This document shows positions 18,706 through 28,568 of a stretch of DNA of 59,788 nucleotides, in pieces. Position 1 is the first letter of the stretch; every line of letters starts with the position of its first letter. Source of the stretch: Holosporales bacterium (GTDB lineage Bacteria; Pseudomonadota; Alphaproteobacteria; RUG11792); the NCBI GenBank assembly GCA_031270735.1, contig JAISWU010000034.1:1-59788 (forward strand), read 5' to 3'. Both the position numbers and the translations under genes were made by a program. The notes under the pieces are model-generated. The model was not told the origin of the DNA. It ran no database searches and saw only the letters and a program-made list of their open reading frames with translations.

Positions 18706-19373
18706 AAATAGCTGCCATACTCAAATTTTCAGCATTAGATTATCCTGGCAAATTATCAGGCGTTGTCTTTTGTCAGGGTTGCCCTCTCCGATGTGGTTAC
18801 TGCCATAATCCAAATTTCTTGGACCCGTCGTTATCGGAGAACGTGCTGCATGAGGAGTTTCTATCATTCCTTAAAAACCGAGTTGGATTGCTAGAAGCCA
18901 TAGTCTTCTCTGGAGGCGAACCACTGTTGCAGCCGGATCTGATGGAATCGATTAAATTAGCCAAGGATCTTGGGTATTCCGTAGGTATCCATACATCCGG
19001 TATTATTCCAGATGCATTAAAATCAGTATTGCCAATGTTAGATTGGGTAGGGCTTGATGTAAAAACTTGCTTTGAATTATATGAAAACATCACGAATACA
19101 CCAGGCAGTGGCAATTATGCTGCTGAAAGTTTGGATATTATTTTAGCTTCCGGAGTAAATTATGAGGCACGTACGACGTACGATTCCCGTAATATCACTG
19201 AATCCGATCTGATCAATATCGCTCGGGTTTTGGGCTCACGTGGCGTACATAAATGGGTCATCCAAGAATGTATAATCCGCGGCGATGAACCTCCAATTCC
19301 AATTCCATTGCCACCACAGACTGTGCTATCAGAAATTGCCACATACATTCACGTGGAACTGAGGCGATCATGA
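18702..19373 (+). CDS. Radical SAM activating enzyme, anaerobic RNR activase (NrdG)-like
   Basis: 'DYPGKLSGVVFCQGCPLRCGYCHNP' is a CxxxCxxC cluster in the NrdG/PflA-type context, followed by 'VFSGGEPLLQ'. Confidence 0.7.
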   Translation: MKIAAILKFSALDYPGKLSGVVFCQGCPLRCGYCHNPNFLDPSLSENVLHEEFLSFLKNRVGLLEAIVFSGGEPLLQPDLMESIKLAKDLGYSVGIHTSGIIPDALKSVLPMLDWVGLDVKTCFELYENITNTPGSGNYAAESLDIILASGVNYEARTTYDSRNITESDLINIARVLGSRGVHKWVIQECIIRGDEPPIPIPLPPQTVLSEIATYIHVELRRS

Positions 19374-19900
19374 CTTTATCATACTTCCTACGCGGGAATG
19401 AACTGCATATCCTAGCCGGCGAGATCTCAAAAATTTACCACATCGAAAATGCCAATGATATCGCCGATGTAACTCCAGCACTAATATACAATACGATTGT
19501 TCAAAACCAGTCACAGGATGTGCGCAAAATTATATACCCAATTGGTCCTGGATCATTTACAGCGACCAGAACAATATCCTCTATCGCCACAGGATTTTCA
19601 ATCGCCAATCCCACAATAGAAATTATTGGAGTCTCGAGCTTTCTAGCCTATGTATCCGTGGCGAGCAAAACCTCACTGCACTATGCGATTGCAATCCCTA
19701 CGATGCGGGGAGATTTTTTTATATATGAAACCTCGAAAGGCTCCTTAGGGGATTACAAAATTGCAAGCGCAGCAAACATAACCCAACGTAATCTCGCTGT
19801 TTTTTACCCCGCTTCGGAAATTTTCACCAACATAAACCTGGCAGCAACTCAGATCAGTGCATATAATACACAACGCTCCGACGCAAAATGTTTCACGTGA
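19370..19900 (+). CDS. tsaB: TsaB (YeaZ)-like protein, short form
   Basis: 'IGPGSFTATRTISSIATGFSIAN' matches the TsaB 'GPGSFTGLRIG' core. It is shorter than typical TsaB, at 176 aa. Confidence 0.55.
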   Translation: MTLSYFLRGNELHILAGEISKIYHIENANDIADVTPALIYNTIVQNQSQDVRKIIYPIGPGSFTATRTISSIATGFSIANPTIEIIGVSSFLAYVSVASKTSLHYAIAIPTMRGDFFIYETSKGSLGDYKIASAANITQRNLAVFYPASEIFTNINLAATQISAYNTQRSDAKCFT

Positions 19901-20490
19901 AACATTTTGATATGTATTCCGAATCACAGCGAGAGGCGATCAGCCAATACGTGCATATGCTCCTGAAATGGGGGCGGAGGATGAATCTAGTGCATTGTGC
20001 CAATCCAGAAGAAATTTATACCCGACATATTCTTGATTGCGCTCAGATAGCAGAATTATTGCACAAAGATGATCTCATTATAGACGTTGGAACCGGCGCC
20101 GGATTACCCGGGATAATATTGTCAATCCTTGGATTTAATAATGTATTATTGTGCGAAAAGAATTTAAAAAAATGCATATTTTTAACTGAGGTTAGATCAA
20201 TCATTGGATTAAGCTTTGAAATATGCAATGGCGATGTGTGGCAGCAAAATGTTTCACGTGAAACATTTTGCGTTACTCTGGTCTCGAGAGCATTTGATAA
20301 AATGGAGAAATTATTAGCGCTTATGGTGAAAATCGGCGCCACAACTGGGGTTTTTCATAAAGGGATATCGTATCAGAGGGAGTTAGAGGCTGCTAAAGAA
20401 CAATTTTTATTCGATTGCGAAATAAAAAACAGCACCACAAGGGATGGATGTGTTATCATAAAAGTAATGAATGTTAAATCATTGCGGTAA
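19888..20490 (+). CDS. rsmG: 16S rRNA (guanine527-N7)-methyltransferase RsmG (GidB)
   Basis: '[11 protein letters not shown]', 'HILD' and the SAM motif '[17 protein letters not shown]' match RsmG, and it lies upstream of parAB. The start may instead be the ATG at 19912, because the 19888 ATG lies inside parS. Confidence 0.85.
   Translation: MFHVKHFDMYSESQREAISQYVHMLLKWGRRMNLVHCANPEEIYTRHILDCAQIAELLHKDDLIIDVGTGAGLPGIILSILGFNNVLLCEKNLKKCIFLTEVRSIIGLSFEICNGDVWQQNVSRETFCVTLVSRAFDKMEKLLALMVKIGATTGVFHKGISYQRELEAAKEQFLFDCEIKNSTTRDGCVIIKVMNVKSLR
19889..19904. promoter_or_regulatory. parS: parS site 1 (ParB-binding centromere-like palindrome)
   Basis: TGTTTCACGTGAAACA is an exact match to the consensus parS 16-mer. 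It sits within a 26-nt perfect palindrome at 19884-19909. Confidence 0.8.
20250..20265. promoter_or_regulatory. parS: parS site 2
   Basis: The 16-mer is identical to site 1, and so is the surrounding 26-nt palindrome (20245-20270). It lies inside the rsmG coding sequence. Confidence 0.8.
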
Positions 20491-21260
20491 TGGCCACGAG
20501 CATAGCTATCGCAAACCAAAAGGGGGGCGTCGGTAAGACTACGACGGCTGTTAACTTGGCTACGGCGTTTGCTGCGATTGGGAAGAAAGTGCTTCTTGTG
20601 GATTTTGATCCGCAAGGGAATGCTACAACCGGTCTAGGAATTTATGGGAAGGGCACGAATACGAGTTATGATCTTCTGTCTAAGAGGAAGACGTTGCTCG
20701 AGACGATTGTCCAAACACAAGTCCCTGGGTTGCTTCTCGTGCCGGCTAGTATAGATCTTGTGGGAGCAGAGATCGAATTGGCACAAATAAATGGTCGAGA
20801 GGGTATCTTGAGGAACGTTATAGCAGCATATGCGGACATGTTCGACTATGTCATTATAGATTCACCTCCATCAATGGGGATTTTGACGCTGAACGCGTTG
20901 GTGGCAGCAGATGGGACTTTATTGCCGTTGCAATGTGAGTACTACGCTCTGGAGGGATTGAGCTATATTCTGAATTCTATTGACAAGATTAAAGCAACAT
21001 ATAATCGTAACCTAAAGTTGTACGGAGTGGTATTAACTATGTTCGACAAAAGGAATGCGTTAAGCTTATCTGTAGCGAAAGACGTGAGAGAGCATCTTGG
21101 CGATGCAGTGTTTGATAGTGTCATTCCGAGGAACGTGAAAATATCGGAGGCCCCGTCACATGGGCGTCCGGTGTTGCTTTACGATGTTCAGTGCGTCGGG
21201 GCCAGAGCGTATATGGATCTGGCAAAGGAATTTTTGAGAAGGGAGAGTACTAGATCATGA
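20490..21260 (+). CDS. parA: Chromosome partitioning ATPase ParA (Soj)
   Basis: It has the deviant Walker A '[18 protein letters not shown]', plus '[12 protein letters not shown]' and '[10 protein letters not shown]'. Confidence 0.95.
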   Translation: MATSIAIANQKGGVGKTTTAVNLATAFAAIGKKVLLVDFDPQGNATTGLGIYGKGTNTSYDLLSKRKTLLETIVQTQVPGLLLVPASIDLVGAEIELAQINGREGILRNVIAAYADMFDYVIIDSPPSMGILTLNALVAADGTLLPLQCEYYALEGLSYILNSIDKIKATYNRNLKLYGVVLTMFDKRNALSLSVAKDVREHLGDAVFDSVIPRNVKISEAPSHGRPVLLYDVQCVGARAYMDLAKEFLRRESTRS

Positions 21261-22147
21261 AGGGGAAATTGGGTAGGGGATTATCGGCTTTGTTGGGTGA
21301 TTCAGGTTTTGCAGATAAGTCGCAAACCAAGACGGTTAATATCGTTGATATCGCCCCTAATGAATCACAGCCTCGTAAATATTTTGATGAAGAAGCTCTG
21401 AATGAGCTGGCGGGGTCAATAAAGTCGCACGGGATATTACAGCCGATTGTTGTACGTAATATTGGGGAAAGGTTTGAGATCATAGCGGGAGAAAGGCGGT
21501 GGCGCGCCGCTAAAATTGCCGAGCTCACAGAGGTCCCGGTGCACATCGTGGAATGTAGCGATGGGGATGCGATGATTCTCGCGATGGTAGAAAACCTGCA
21601 GCGCACTGATCTGAATCCGATTGAGGAGGCCGATGCCTTGAAGATGCTTATGGACTCATGCGGATGTAGGCAGGAGGATTTGGGGGAGATGCTTAGCAAG
21701 AGCAGGAGCCATATAAGCAATATGATGAGGTTGCTCGCTTTACCGGAATGTATCAGAAAAATGATTAGATCGGGGAAGTTAAGCTCCGGGCATGGTAGAT
21801 GTTTGATTGGCATATATAATGCGGAATCTATTGCTGAAATGGCCGCTCGTGAAGGCTGGAGCGTCCGGCAACTTGAGAAGTTTATGCATGAGAGGGGGGA
21901 TGAGAAATCTCGCGATCTAGCGAAGGAGCATCAGCCTGTGGAGGAGAGCGCCGATGATTCTGGAATCGGCACGGTGATAGACAGGAGTAGGGATGCTGAA
22001 TCTGCTGATATTGCTTACAGGATTGCTGCCAGATTAAAAATCGATACTAAACTTAAGATTACGCAGAGGGGGGGAATCTTCACGTTGACGTGTAGATCAT
22101 GTGAGGAGCTTGAGGAGCTGATAGAAAAATTGATGTCTCTGGGATGA
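21257..22147 (+). CDS. parB: Chromosome partitioning protein ParB (Spo0J)
   Basis: 'GRGLSALLG', '[29 protein letters not shown]' and '[12 protein letters not shown]' match ParB, and an HTH region is present. Confidence 0.95.
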   Translation: MKGKLGRGLSALLGDSGFADKSQTKTVNIVDIAPNESQPRKYFDEEALNELAGSIKSHGILQPIVVRNIGERFEIIAGERRWRAAKIAELTEVPVHIVECSDGDAMILAMVENLQRTDLNPIEEADALKMLMDSCGCRQEDLGEMLSKSRSHISNMMRLLALPECIRKMIRSGKLSSGHGRCLIGIYNAESIAEMAAREGWSVRQLEKFMHERGDEKSRDLAKEHQPVEESADDSGIGTVIDRSRDAESADIAYRIAARLKIDTKLKITQRGGIFTLTCRSCEELEELIEKLMSLG

Positions 22148-22157
22148 TGTGACGGCA

Positions 22158-22682
22158 CTATAAGTAGGGCACAACCTCTAAGAGGAAGCGAACTACAGCG
22201 TATGCACGAGTGGTTGATTGACTATCTGGTGTGAACAGGATCGTCTTTCCGCAGCCTGCGTTAATTCCGGCTAAGATGTCGCGTTCCTTGTCTCCAACAA
22301 TAAGTGATCTTGCCATATCTATTCGGTATCTCGCCTGTGCCTTCAGCAACATCCCAGGATTGGGTTTCCTATCTGCGTGAGAGTTGTCGTGGCTTGTGCA
22401 TACGTACACATCAGTGATTTCAATGCCGCGTGCAGCAAATTGCTGGATCATATATTTGTGCAGAGCTACAACGTCGGCTTCTGTGTATACACCTCTGCTG
22501 ACGCCCGATTGATTCGTCACGACGATAATTTTGTAACCACGCCGCTGCGCCACACGACATACTTCGAAAATATCATCAATGAATTTAAAATCTTCAATGC
22601 GATAAACATCGATTGTATCGATGTTTATGACGCCGTCCCTATCGAGGAATAGCGCTCTACATGTGTTAGTTGCTTCCTTCAT
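22158..22682 (-). CDS. gmhB: HAD-IIIA phosphatase, D,D-heptose 1,7-bisphosphate phosphatase (GmhB)-like
   Basis: 'ALFLDRDGVIN', 'VVTNQSGVSRGVYT', 'RKPNPGMLLKA' and 'VGDKERDILAGINAG' match the family. The Zn-binding Cys motif of canonical GmhB is not obvious. Confidence 0.65.
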   Translation of the reverse strand: MKEATNTCRALFLDRDGVINIDTIDVYRIEDFKFIDDIFEVCRVAQRRGYKIIVVTNQSGVSRGVYTEADVVALHKYMIQQFAARGIEITDVYVCTSHDNSHADRKPNPGMLLKAQARYRIDMARSLIVGDKERDILAGINAGCGKTILFTPDSQSTTRAYAVVRFLLEVVPYL

Positions 22683-24823
22683 GGTTGTTTCTCCTTATCA
22701 AAATTGGATGAAGTGATGAACATATTGTGGATGAAATTCTCGAATATGGGGAGAGCGACAACAGAGCCTGACTTGCGGTCTCCGAGGGCGCGCGGGGTTT
22801 GGTGGCCGACGAAAACGCAGACCAGATATTCCTTATGTGACTTTGGATCGATGAGGCAGCCGACGAACCATGCGTCCTTGAATTTGTTTGTGGTGCCTGT
22901 TTTGCCGTAGAGTTCGACGCCATATTTTTCTTCGAGGTGAGATACTCTGTTGGCGGTGCCATACTTCACGGTGTCATGCAAGATTGATTTCATTATGGTT
23001 GCAGTTTCCGGACTCATCAATCTCTTCGATGAACGATTGCAGCATCTGTTTTTAATTGGTGTGCCGGCGCATGTTATTTGCGATATGAATCTTGGGTATA
23101 CCATGATGCCATCGTTGAAGAATGCCGAAAATGCGGAGGCGAGTTTGATGGGGGATGTCTCTACTGAGCCGAGGACTGCCGAGATCGGGATTGCTTTTTT
23201 CACGAGATCAGCTTCTCTCAGGAAGTTCGAAATTTTCTCCATACCGAGCTTCAGTGCGAGGTTAACTGTCGTGAGGTTTCTGGAGTATATGACCCCATCC
23301 CTCAAGTATGTGCGGCCGTATGTTTTGCCTGAGTAATTTTGGGGGGAGTAGTTTGTGCCGTCATGGAGTGTGATATGGACAGCTGTATCTTCGATGGTAT
23401 CGTATTCAGTCATACCATCCTCAATGGCGGCGGCGTACACGAATGGTTTGATTGTGGAGCCAGGTTGTCTCATCGCTTGCGTGACACAATTGAATTCTGA
23501 TACGCTGAAGCTGAAGCCCCCAGACATCCCGAGGACGTCTCCGGTCCTTGGGTCGAGGACTACGATACCGCCTGTGGCTTTTGGGGGTTGATATGCCTTG
23601 TATGATTTCCCATCGATGTGGCGACATAGTATGATGTCTCCCTTGAAGGGCGAATGTCCCTGATAGTGTGATGGGGAGTACTTTATTGTGAAAGTACTGC
23701 CATCCGCTTTTCGACATAATGCTTCCTTTCCCGATTTTGATACCGACATCACGACGCACGCTTCGATTTTGTTGAGGGTTGATGGTATGCGTTTGTTGAT
23801 GGCGGCAAGTTGTTGAAGAGGGATGGATTGTAGGTTATCGAAGTGTCCTAATGTGCCGCCCCACTTCTCTGATTTCGTGAAGTTGATGAGGCCATCCTCC
23901 AGGGCTTTCTCGGCACAGTACTGAATCTTCTTGTTCATCGTTGTTGTGATGGAATACCCTGATCTGAAAAAATCATGGGTGGAGATCTGTGGCGAGAGCA
24001 TCCTAAAAATTTCATCAGAGAAATATGGAGCTAGTAGCTTGTGCTTTTTCAGTTTGATGTCAATTGGCTTGGAGAGTGATGATTGGAGTTGCTCTCTTGA
24101 GATGTAGCCGAGGTCGTACATTTGATATATGATCGAGTTTCGCTTGGTGAGCAGTTTCGCGGAGTTTTTCATGTTGATGTATATTGATGGGGCGCTTGGA
24201 ATTGCAGCGAGAAATGCTGCTTCATGTGGTTCGATATCGGAGAGAGGCTTACCGCAATAATTGGCACATGCCTCAGCAACTCCGTAGCATCCTTTGCCGA
24301 GGTATAGCTGGTTCAGATATATTTCTAGGATCTTGTTTTTTTCGATTGTGGTCTCTATGCGGAATGCCATGATAGCCTCCCTGATTTTGCGGGTGATACT
24401 TCGCGTGGGGCCTACGAATAAATTCTTGGCAATCTGCTGGGTGATCGTTGAGCCGCCAGCCGGCTTTTTCTGCCATGATTTTTTGGAAGTGTTCTCTAGG
24501 ATTGCCCTCATGAGGCTCATGATGCTGATGCCGGAGTGGCTGTAAAAATCCTTATCCTCTGCGATGATGAATGCACCATTGACGATGATTGGAATTTTAT
24601 CGAATGGGACGATGGTCCTGTGCTCGATGGCGTACTCTTCAATTAGTTCGCCGCCAGACGAGTATATCTTGGTTGTCATCGGTGGGGTGTATCTCAGGAG
24701 AGTTTCTTCGCTTGGGAGGTCACGGCCGTAGTAGTGGAATATCCATACTACGACCGCGCCCATGACAAGGAATGCGCTGAAGACCCAGGCTAGCAGGGTT
24801 CCGAGGCGTCTGCAGAATGTCAC
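22679..24823 (-). CDS. Class A penicillin-binding protein (PBP1A-like), second copy
   Basis: The GT51 motifs 'AEDKDFYSHSGIS', 'GGSTITQQIAKN' and 'RKIREAIMAFRIE' are present. The transpeptidase motifs 'STIKPF' and 'KTGTT' are present. Confidence 0.9.
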   Translation of the reverse strand: MTFCRRLGTLLAWVFSAFLVMGAVVVWIFHYYGRDLPSEETLLRYTPPMTTKIYSSGGELIEEYAIEHRTIVPFDKIPIIVNGAFIIAEDKDFYSHSGISIMSLMRAILENTSKKSWQKKPAGGSTITQQIAKNLFVGPTRSITRKIREAIMAFRIETTIEKNKILEIYLNQLYLGKGCYGVAEACANYCGKPLSDIEPHEAAFLAAIPSAPSIYINMKNSAKLLTKRNSIIYQMYDLGYISREQLQSSLSKPIDIKLKKHKLLAPYFSDEIFRMLSPQISTHDFFRSGYSITTTMNKKIQYCAEKALEDGLINFTKSEKWGGTLGHFDNLQSIPLQQLAAINKRIPSTLNKIEACVVMSVSKSGKEALCRKADGSTFTIKYSPSHYQGHSPFKGDIILCRHIDGKSYKAYQPPKATGGIVVLDPRTGDVLGMSGGFSFSVSEFNCVTQAMRQPGSTIKPFVYAAAIEDGMTEYDTIEDTAVHITLHDGTNYSPQNYSGKTYGRTYLRDGVIYSRNLTTVNLALKLGMEKISNFLREADLVKKAIPISAVLGSVETSPIKLASAFSAFFNDGIMVYPRFISQITCAGTPIKNRCCNRSSKRLMSPETATIMKSILHDTVKYGTANRVSHLEEKYGVELYGKTGTTNKFKDAWFVGCLIDPKSHKEYLVCVFVGHQTPRALGDRKSGSVVALPIFENFIHNMFITSSNFDKEKQP

Positions 24824-24839
24824 GGCACCTGGATTAAAT

Positions 24840-25544
24840 TTAACGCCTGCGTCCCATGATTCTCAGCAGCGCCAGGAAGATGTTGATGAAGTCGAGATAC
24901 AGGCTCAGTGCTCCAAACACCGCCTTCTTCCGCAAGATCTCATCGCTGTCGCTTCCATTATAGAATCGCATGATCTTCTGAACGTCGTATGCTGTGAGGC
25001 CGCAGAAGATAATGACTGAGAGGACTGATAGTCCAAGCTGCAGCCTGCTGCTCCCCATGAAAGCGTTGGCGAATGATGCGATGAGGACTGAGATTACCCC
25101 GATGAACATGAACGAGCCTAGGCTGGTGAGGTCTCTATTTGTGAGGCGACCATATAGGCTCATGCCGCCGAAGAACGCAGCTGCTACGAAGAACGACATC
25201 GCGATGCTCTCACCGGTATACATTGCAAGGATCGGTGATATCCACGCTCCCATCAGCGCTGAGTATATCCAGAATAAGGAGGATGCTCTCTCGGCGCTGA
25301 TGGTATTGATTTTAGCGGAGAGGTATATGACTATTCCGATTGTGGCGAGCATCAATATTGTCGTGAAGCCGCCAAGCATGAATTCCAATATGCCTTGGCT
25401 TGAGGCGCATATCATCGCTACCCCTCCGGTTAGACTCAGCGCTGCGAACATCCTGTTGTACACAAGGGTCATGTACCTCTTGACGTCGCCAATCCCTGAT
25501 CCGTTCCCGGTTATGACCGGGCCATCATCAAAATCTCTGCTCAT
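24840..25544 (-). CDS. Bax inhibitor-1/YccA family membrane protein
   Basis: The 234-aa protein has seven TM segments and an N-terminal 'YMTLVYNRMFAALSLTG'. The C-terminus is basic, and the family size and topology fit. Confidence 0.7.
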   Translation of the reverse strand: MSRDFDDGPVITGNGSGIGDVKRYMTLVYNRMFAALSLTGGVAMICASSQGILEFMLGGFTTILMLATIGIVIYLSAKINTISAERASSLFWIYSALMGAWISPILAMYTGESIAMSFFVAAAFFGGMSLYGRLTNRDLTSLGSFMFIGVISVLIASFANAFMGSSRLQLGLSVLSVIIFCGLTAYDVQKIMRFYNGSDSDEILRKKAVFGALSLYLDFINIFLALLRIMGRRR

Positions 25545-25632
25545 TGTTTTATGTACACCTATGAAGGTACTATGCTATGATTATAGCATGCGCTCTGGTG
25601 CTGCTCCATAAATAAACCATCGTGAAGGTCGC

Positions 25633-26427
25633 CTAGCGTCCCCTGGGGAATTTCAGGATTAATATTCCAAACAGGAAGAGCCCGATGGATAGCACCTGTC
25701 CTACCGAAAGGAAGACGGTGTCGAAGTAATTGTATACCTCCACCTCCTTGTAGAACTCTATGACGAATCTGGCGGCTGAGTATACCGTGCAGAATGCCAT
25801 GGTGAGTTTGCCGGTTCCCAGTATGCTAACTCCTCGCAATCCGAAGATGATGAACAGGATCCAGAAGTTCAGGAAGCCTTCAAAGAATGATTCAAAGAGC
25901 TGTGTGGGATACCGTGGCATGTGGTCTACCATCGAGAAGATCACAGCGCAGCTGGCTGATGTAACTTTCCCATACAACTCCTGGTTCATGAAGTTCGCGA
26001 GTCGGCCTATGCCTATGCCGAGTGCTCCAGCGAGGCACATAATATCTGAAAGGGTAAGCCACGAGATCGATGTTCTCTTCATGAAGTAGTAAGTATACGC
26101 CGCCAAGGCAATCACTGCGCCGTGGAATGATAAGCCTCCGTTCCGTAGCATAAAGATTTCAGACGGGTGCTTGATGTAGTACTCAAGGTCGAAGAACAGA
26201 ACGTGGCCTAGGCGGGCACCGATGATGATCGATACAATCGCCCAGAACATGAAGCCGTCGAACTCCTCCTTCGATGGGGCCTGTACTCCGTTACTCCTTA
26301 GCTTGCGTAGTGCATACGTCGCAACGAGCCACGATGCAAATATGGCGGCGGCATAGATAATGCCATACCAGTACACATTCAACTGCCCGATTGAGAATGC
26401 AACATTTGACGCAGACCAGCAAAACAT
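25633..26427 (-). CDS. lgt: Prolipoprotein diacylglyceryl transferase
   Basis: 'YWYGIIYA', 'GGLSFHGAVIA', 'GRLANFMNQELYGK' and 'RYPTQLFES' are Lgt motifs. Confidence 0.9.
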   Translation of the reverse strand: MFCWSASNVAFSIGQLNVYWYGIIYAAAIFASWLVATYALRKLRSNGVQAPSKEEFDGFMFWAIVSIIIGARLGHVLFFDLEYYIKHPSEIFMLRNGGLSFHGAVIALAAYTYYFMKRTSISWLTLSDIMCLAGALGIGIGRLANFMNQELYGKVTSASCAVIFSMVDHMPRYPTQLFESFFEGFLNFWILFIIFGLRGVSILGTGKLTMAFCTVYSAARFVIEFYKEVEVYNYFDTVFLSVGQVLSIGLFLFGILILKFPRGR

Positions 26428-26429
26428 CT

Positions 26430-27488
26430 CTACGCGGGACGTCCGTAATGCCGGAGGAGCCTTTGGTCTGTGCTATACAGGTTCCTTATGTCGCTAATGC
26501 TATCCTTCAGCATGATGATTCTCTCGATACCGAAGGCGTAAGCGAAGCCATAAACTTCGCCTGTGATGCCGCAGCTCTTGAACACGTTGGGATGAACCAT
26601 ACCAGCCCCTCCGATCTCGAGCCACCTATCTCCTGATTGTGAGAACACGACCTTCCCATCCCTCTTGCTGTACCGACAGTCGAACTCCATTCCAGGTTCG
26701 ACGAACGGGAAGAAGCTTGGGCGGAACCTCACTGCCACATCGCTGACGCCAAAGAAGAATGATATGAATTTCACGAGCTCTCTCTTGAGGTGTCCGATGC
26801 TGAGTGGGGATCTATCGACTACCAGGCCCTCGAGCTGGTGGAACATCGGTGAGTGTGTTGCGTCTATAGCGTCTCTTCTGTATGTCTTTCCCATGGAGAC
26901 CATCCTGATCGGGACACCATCGCTTATCATAGCGCGTACTTGAACGCATGATGTTTGCGTCCTGAGGAGTAGATCATCAAAGCCATCGATGTAGAATGTA
27001 TCGTGGCTCTGGCGTGCTGGATGGTGCTTCGGTGTGTTGAGAGCATTGAAGTTAAAGAAGCTAGTCTCGAGCTCTGGTCCGTCGATGACTGAGAAACCAC
27101 GGGCTTGGTAGTATTGCCTTATCCGTCCCATTGTTTTGGTGATGATGTGTGTACTTCCGAATCTGTCGCTTATAACTGGCAGGGTAACGTCTACTGCCTC
27201 CTCACGTAATTTCTCCTGCACCTGCATCTCTTCCAGTGCACCCTGCGTATCAGAGATGGCTGCCTCTAGCGAAGCCTTGATTTTGTTTACGCGATCTCCA
27301 TACAACCTTCTATCATCTGCATGCAACGATTTCAATTGGCTGAATGTACTAATGATGGCGCTGGATCTTCCAAGGAGATTCTTCCGCACCACGTCTAGTA
27401 CCTCGAGAGATTTACATTCTCCGATGGCAGCAAGCCAGGCATCTAAGTTATTTTCAAGCTCTGTAACGACTACAGAAACATCAGCCAC
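26430..27488 (-). CDS. pheS: Phenylalanine--tRNA ligase alpha subunit
   Basis: 'HPARQSHDTFY', 'LLRTQTSCVQVR', 'GKTYRRDAIDATHSPMFHQLEG', 'FRPSFFPFVEPG' and 'GFAYAFGIERI' match PheS. No pheT is adjacent. Confidence 0.95.
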   Translation of the reverse strand: MADVSVVVTELENNLDAWLAAIGECKSLEVLDVVRKNLLGRSSAIISTFSQLKSLHADDRRLYGDRVNKIKASLEAAISDTQGALEEMQVQEKLREEAVDVTLPVISDRFGSTHIITKTMGRIRQYYQARGFSVIDGPELETSFFNFNALNTPKHHPARQSHDTFYIDGFDDLLLRTQTSCVQVRAMISDGVPIRMVSMGKTYRRDAIDATHSPMFHQLEGLVVDRSPLSIGHLKRELVKFISFFFGVSDVAVRFRPSFFPFVEPGMEFDCRYSKRDGKVVFSQSGDRWLEIGGAGMVHPNVFKSCGITGEVYGFAYAFGIERIIMLKDSISDIRNLYSTDQRLLRHYGRPA

Positions 27489-27566
27489 AGGTCACCAAAC
27501 ATATAGCCAGATCGACTAGTGTCAGCAATGCTATCATAGGGGGAGCGTGAAGGTCTATGGAGAACT

Positions 27567-28568
27567 TTAGAGCCTGCTTGCTATCTGCACCGCATTTAGT
27601 GCGGCTCCTTTCCTGAGGTTATCACTTACGCACCAGAAGCTAAGAGCATTCTTGAGGTTGGGATGTCTCCTCATCCTACTAACCAACACATCGTTCCCTC
27701 CGGCTGCATCGATTGGGGTTGCATACGTGTATGTTGCATTATCGTCCACGACCTTCACGCCAGGAAACTCATTAAGGGCGATGATGGTTCTATGGATGTC
27801 AATGTCCTCTGCAAACTTCGCAAAAACAGAAACAGCGTGGCCGGTTACAACTGGTATCCTGACACATGTCGCCGTTGTGATAATATCGCCAACCCCCAGG
27901 ATCTTCCTGGTCTCATTCATCATCTTCAGCTCTTCCCTGGTGTATCCCAACTCGGAGAAATTATCAATCTGCGGAATCGCATTGAATGCAATCTGCTTCC
28001 TGAAATATTGTGTGCAGACTACTCTGCCGGCCTTGAGTGTACTAATTTGCTCAAGTAGCTCGTTTACTGCCTTCTGCCCCGCACCAGAGGTTGCTTGATA
28101 GGTCGACATCACGAGCTCTCTCAGCCCAAACATATCATGTAGTGGTTTCAGTACCATAACGACCTGGATGGTTGAGCAGTTCGGATTCGCAATGAGCCGC
28201 TTATTGCTGTACTTGCTAATGTCAGTCATATTAACTTCCGGCACGATAAGGGCCACATCATCGTGCCCTCTGAAGTATGAGGAATTATCGATCACTACGC
28301 ACCCAGCATTCGCAGCGATTGGAGCATACACGGCCGACACCTCACTTCCTGCAGAAAACAATGCTATGTCGAATACGTGAAAATCAACACTATCGAGCGT
28401 AGATACCGCCAGTTGCGTGTTACCGTATTTGACGAACTGTCCAGCTGATTTTTCTGATGCAACAGGAACCACGTTTGCGTACGGTACATGATGTTCACTT
28501 AATACAGCTAACATCTCATGTCCTACCATCCCCGTGGCTCCAACAACCACGAACCTCTTATTGTTCAT
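27567..28568 (-). CDS. asd: Aspartate-semialdehyde dehydrogenase
   Basis: 'RFVVVGATGMVG', 'IANPNCSTIQ' (active-site Cys) and 'STYQATSGAG' match Asd. I chose the ATG at 28568; ATG 28583 and the longest ORF at 28640 are alternatives. Confidence 0.9.
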   Translation of the reverse strand: MNNKRFVVVGATGMVGHEMLAVLSEHHVPYANVVPVASEKSAGQFVKYGNTQLAVSTLDSVDFHVFDIALFSAGSEVSAVYAPIAANAGCVVIDNSSYFRGHDDVALIVPEVNMTDISKYSNKRLIANPNCSTIQVVMVLKPLHDMFGLRELVMSTYQATSGAGQKAVNELLEQISTLKAGRVVCTQYFRKQIAFNAIPQIDNFSELGYTREELKMMNETRKILGVGDIITTATCVRIPVVTGHAVSVFAKFAEDIDIHRTIIALNEFPGVKVVDDNATYTYATPIDAAGGNDVLVSRMRRHPNLKNALSFWCVSDNLRKGAALNAVQIASRL

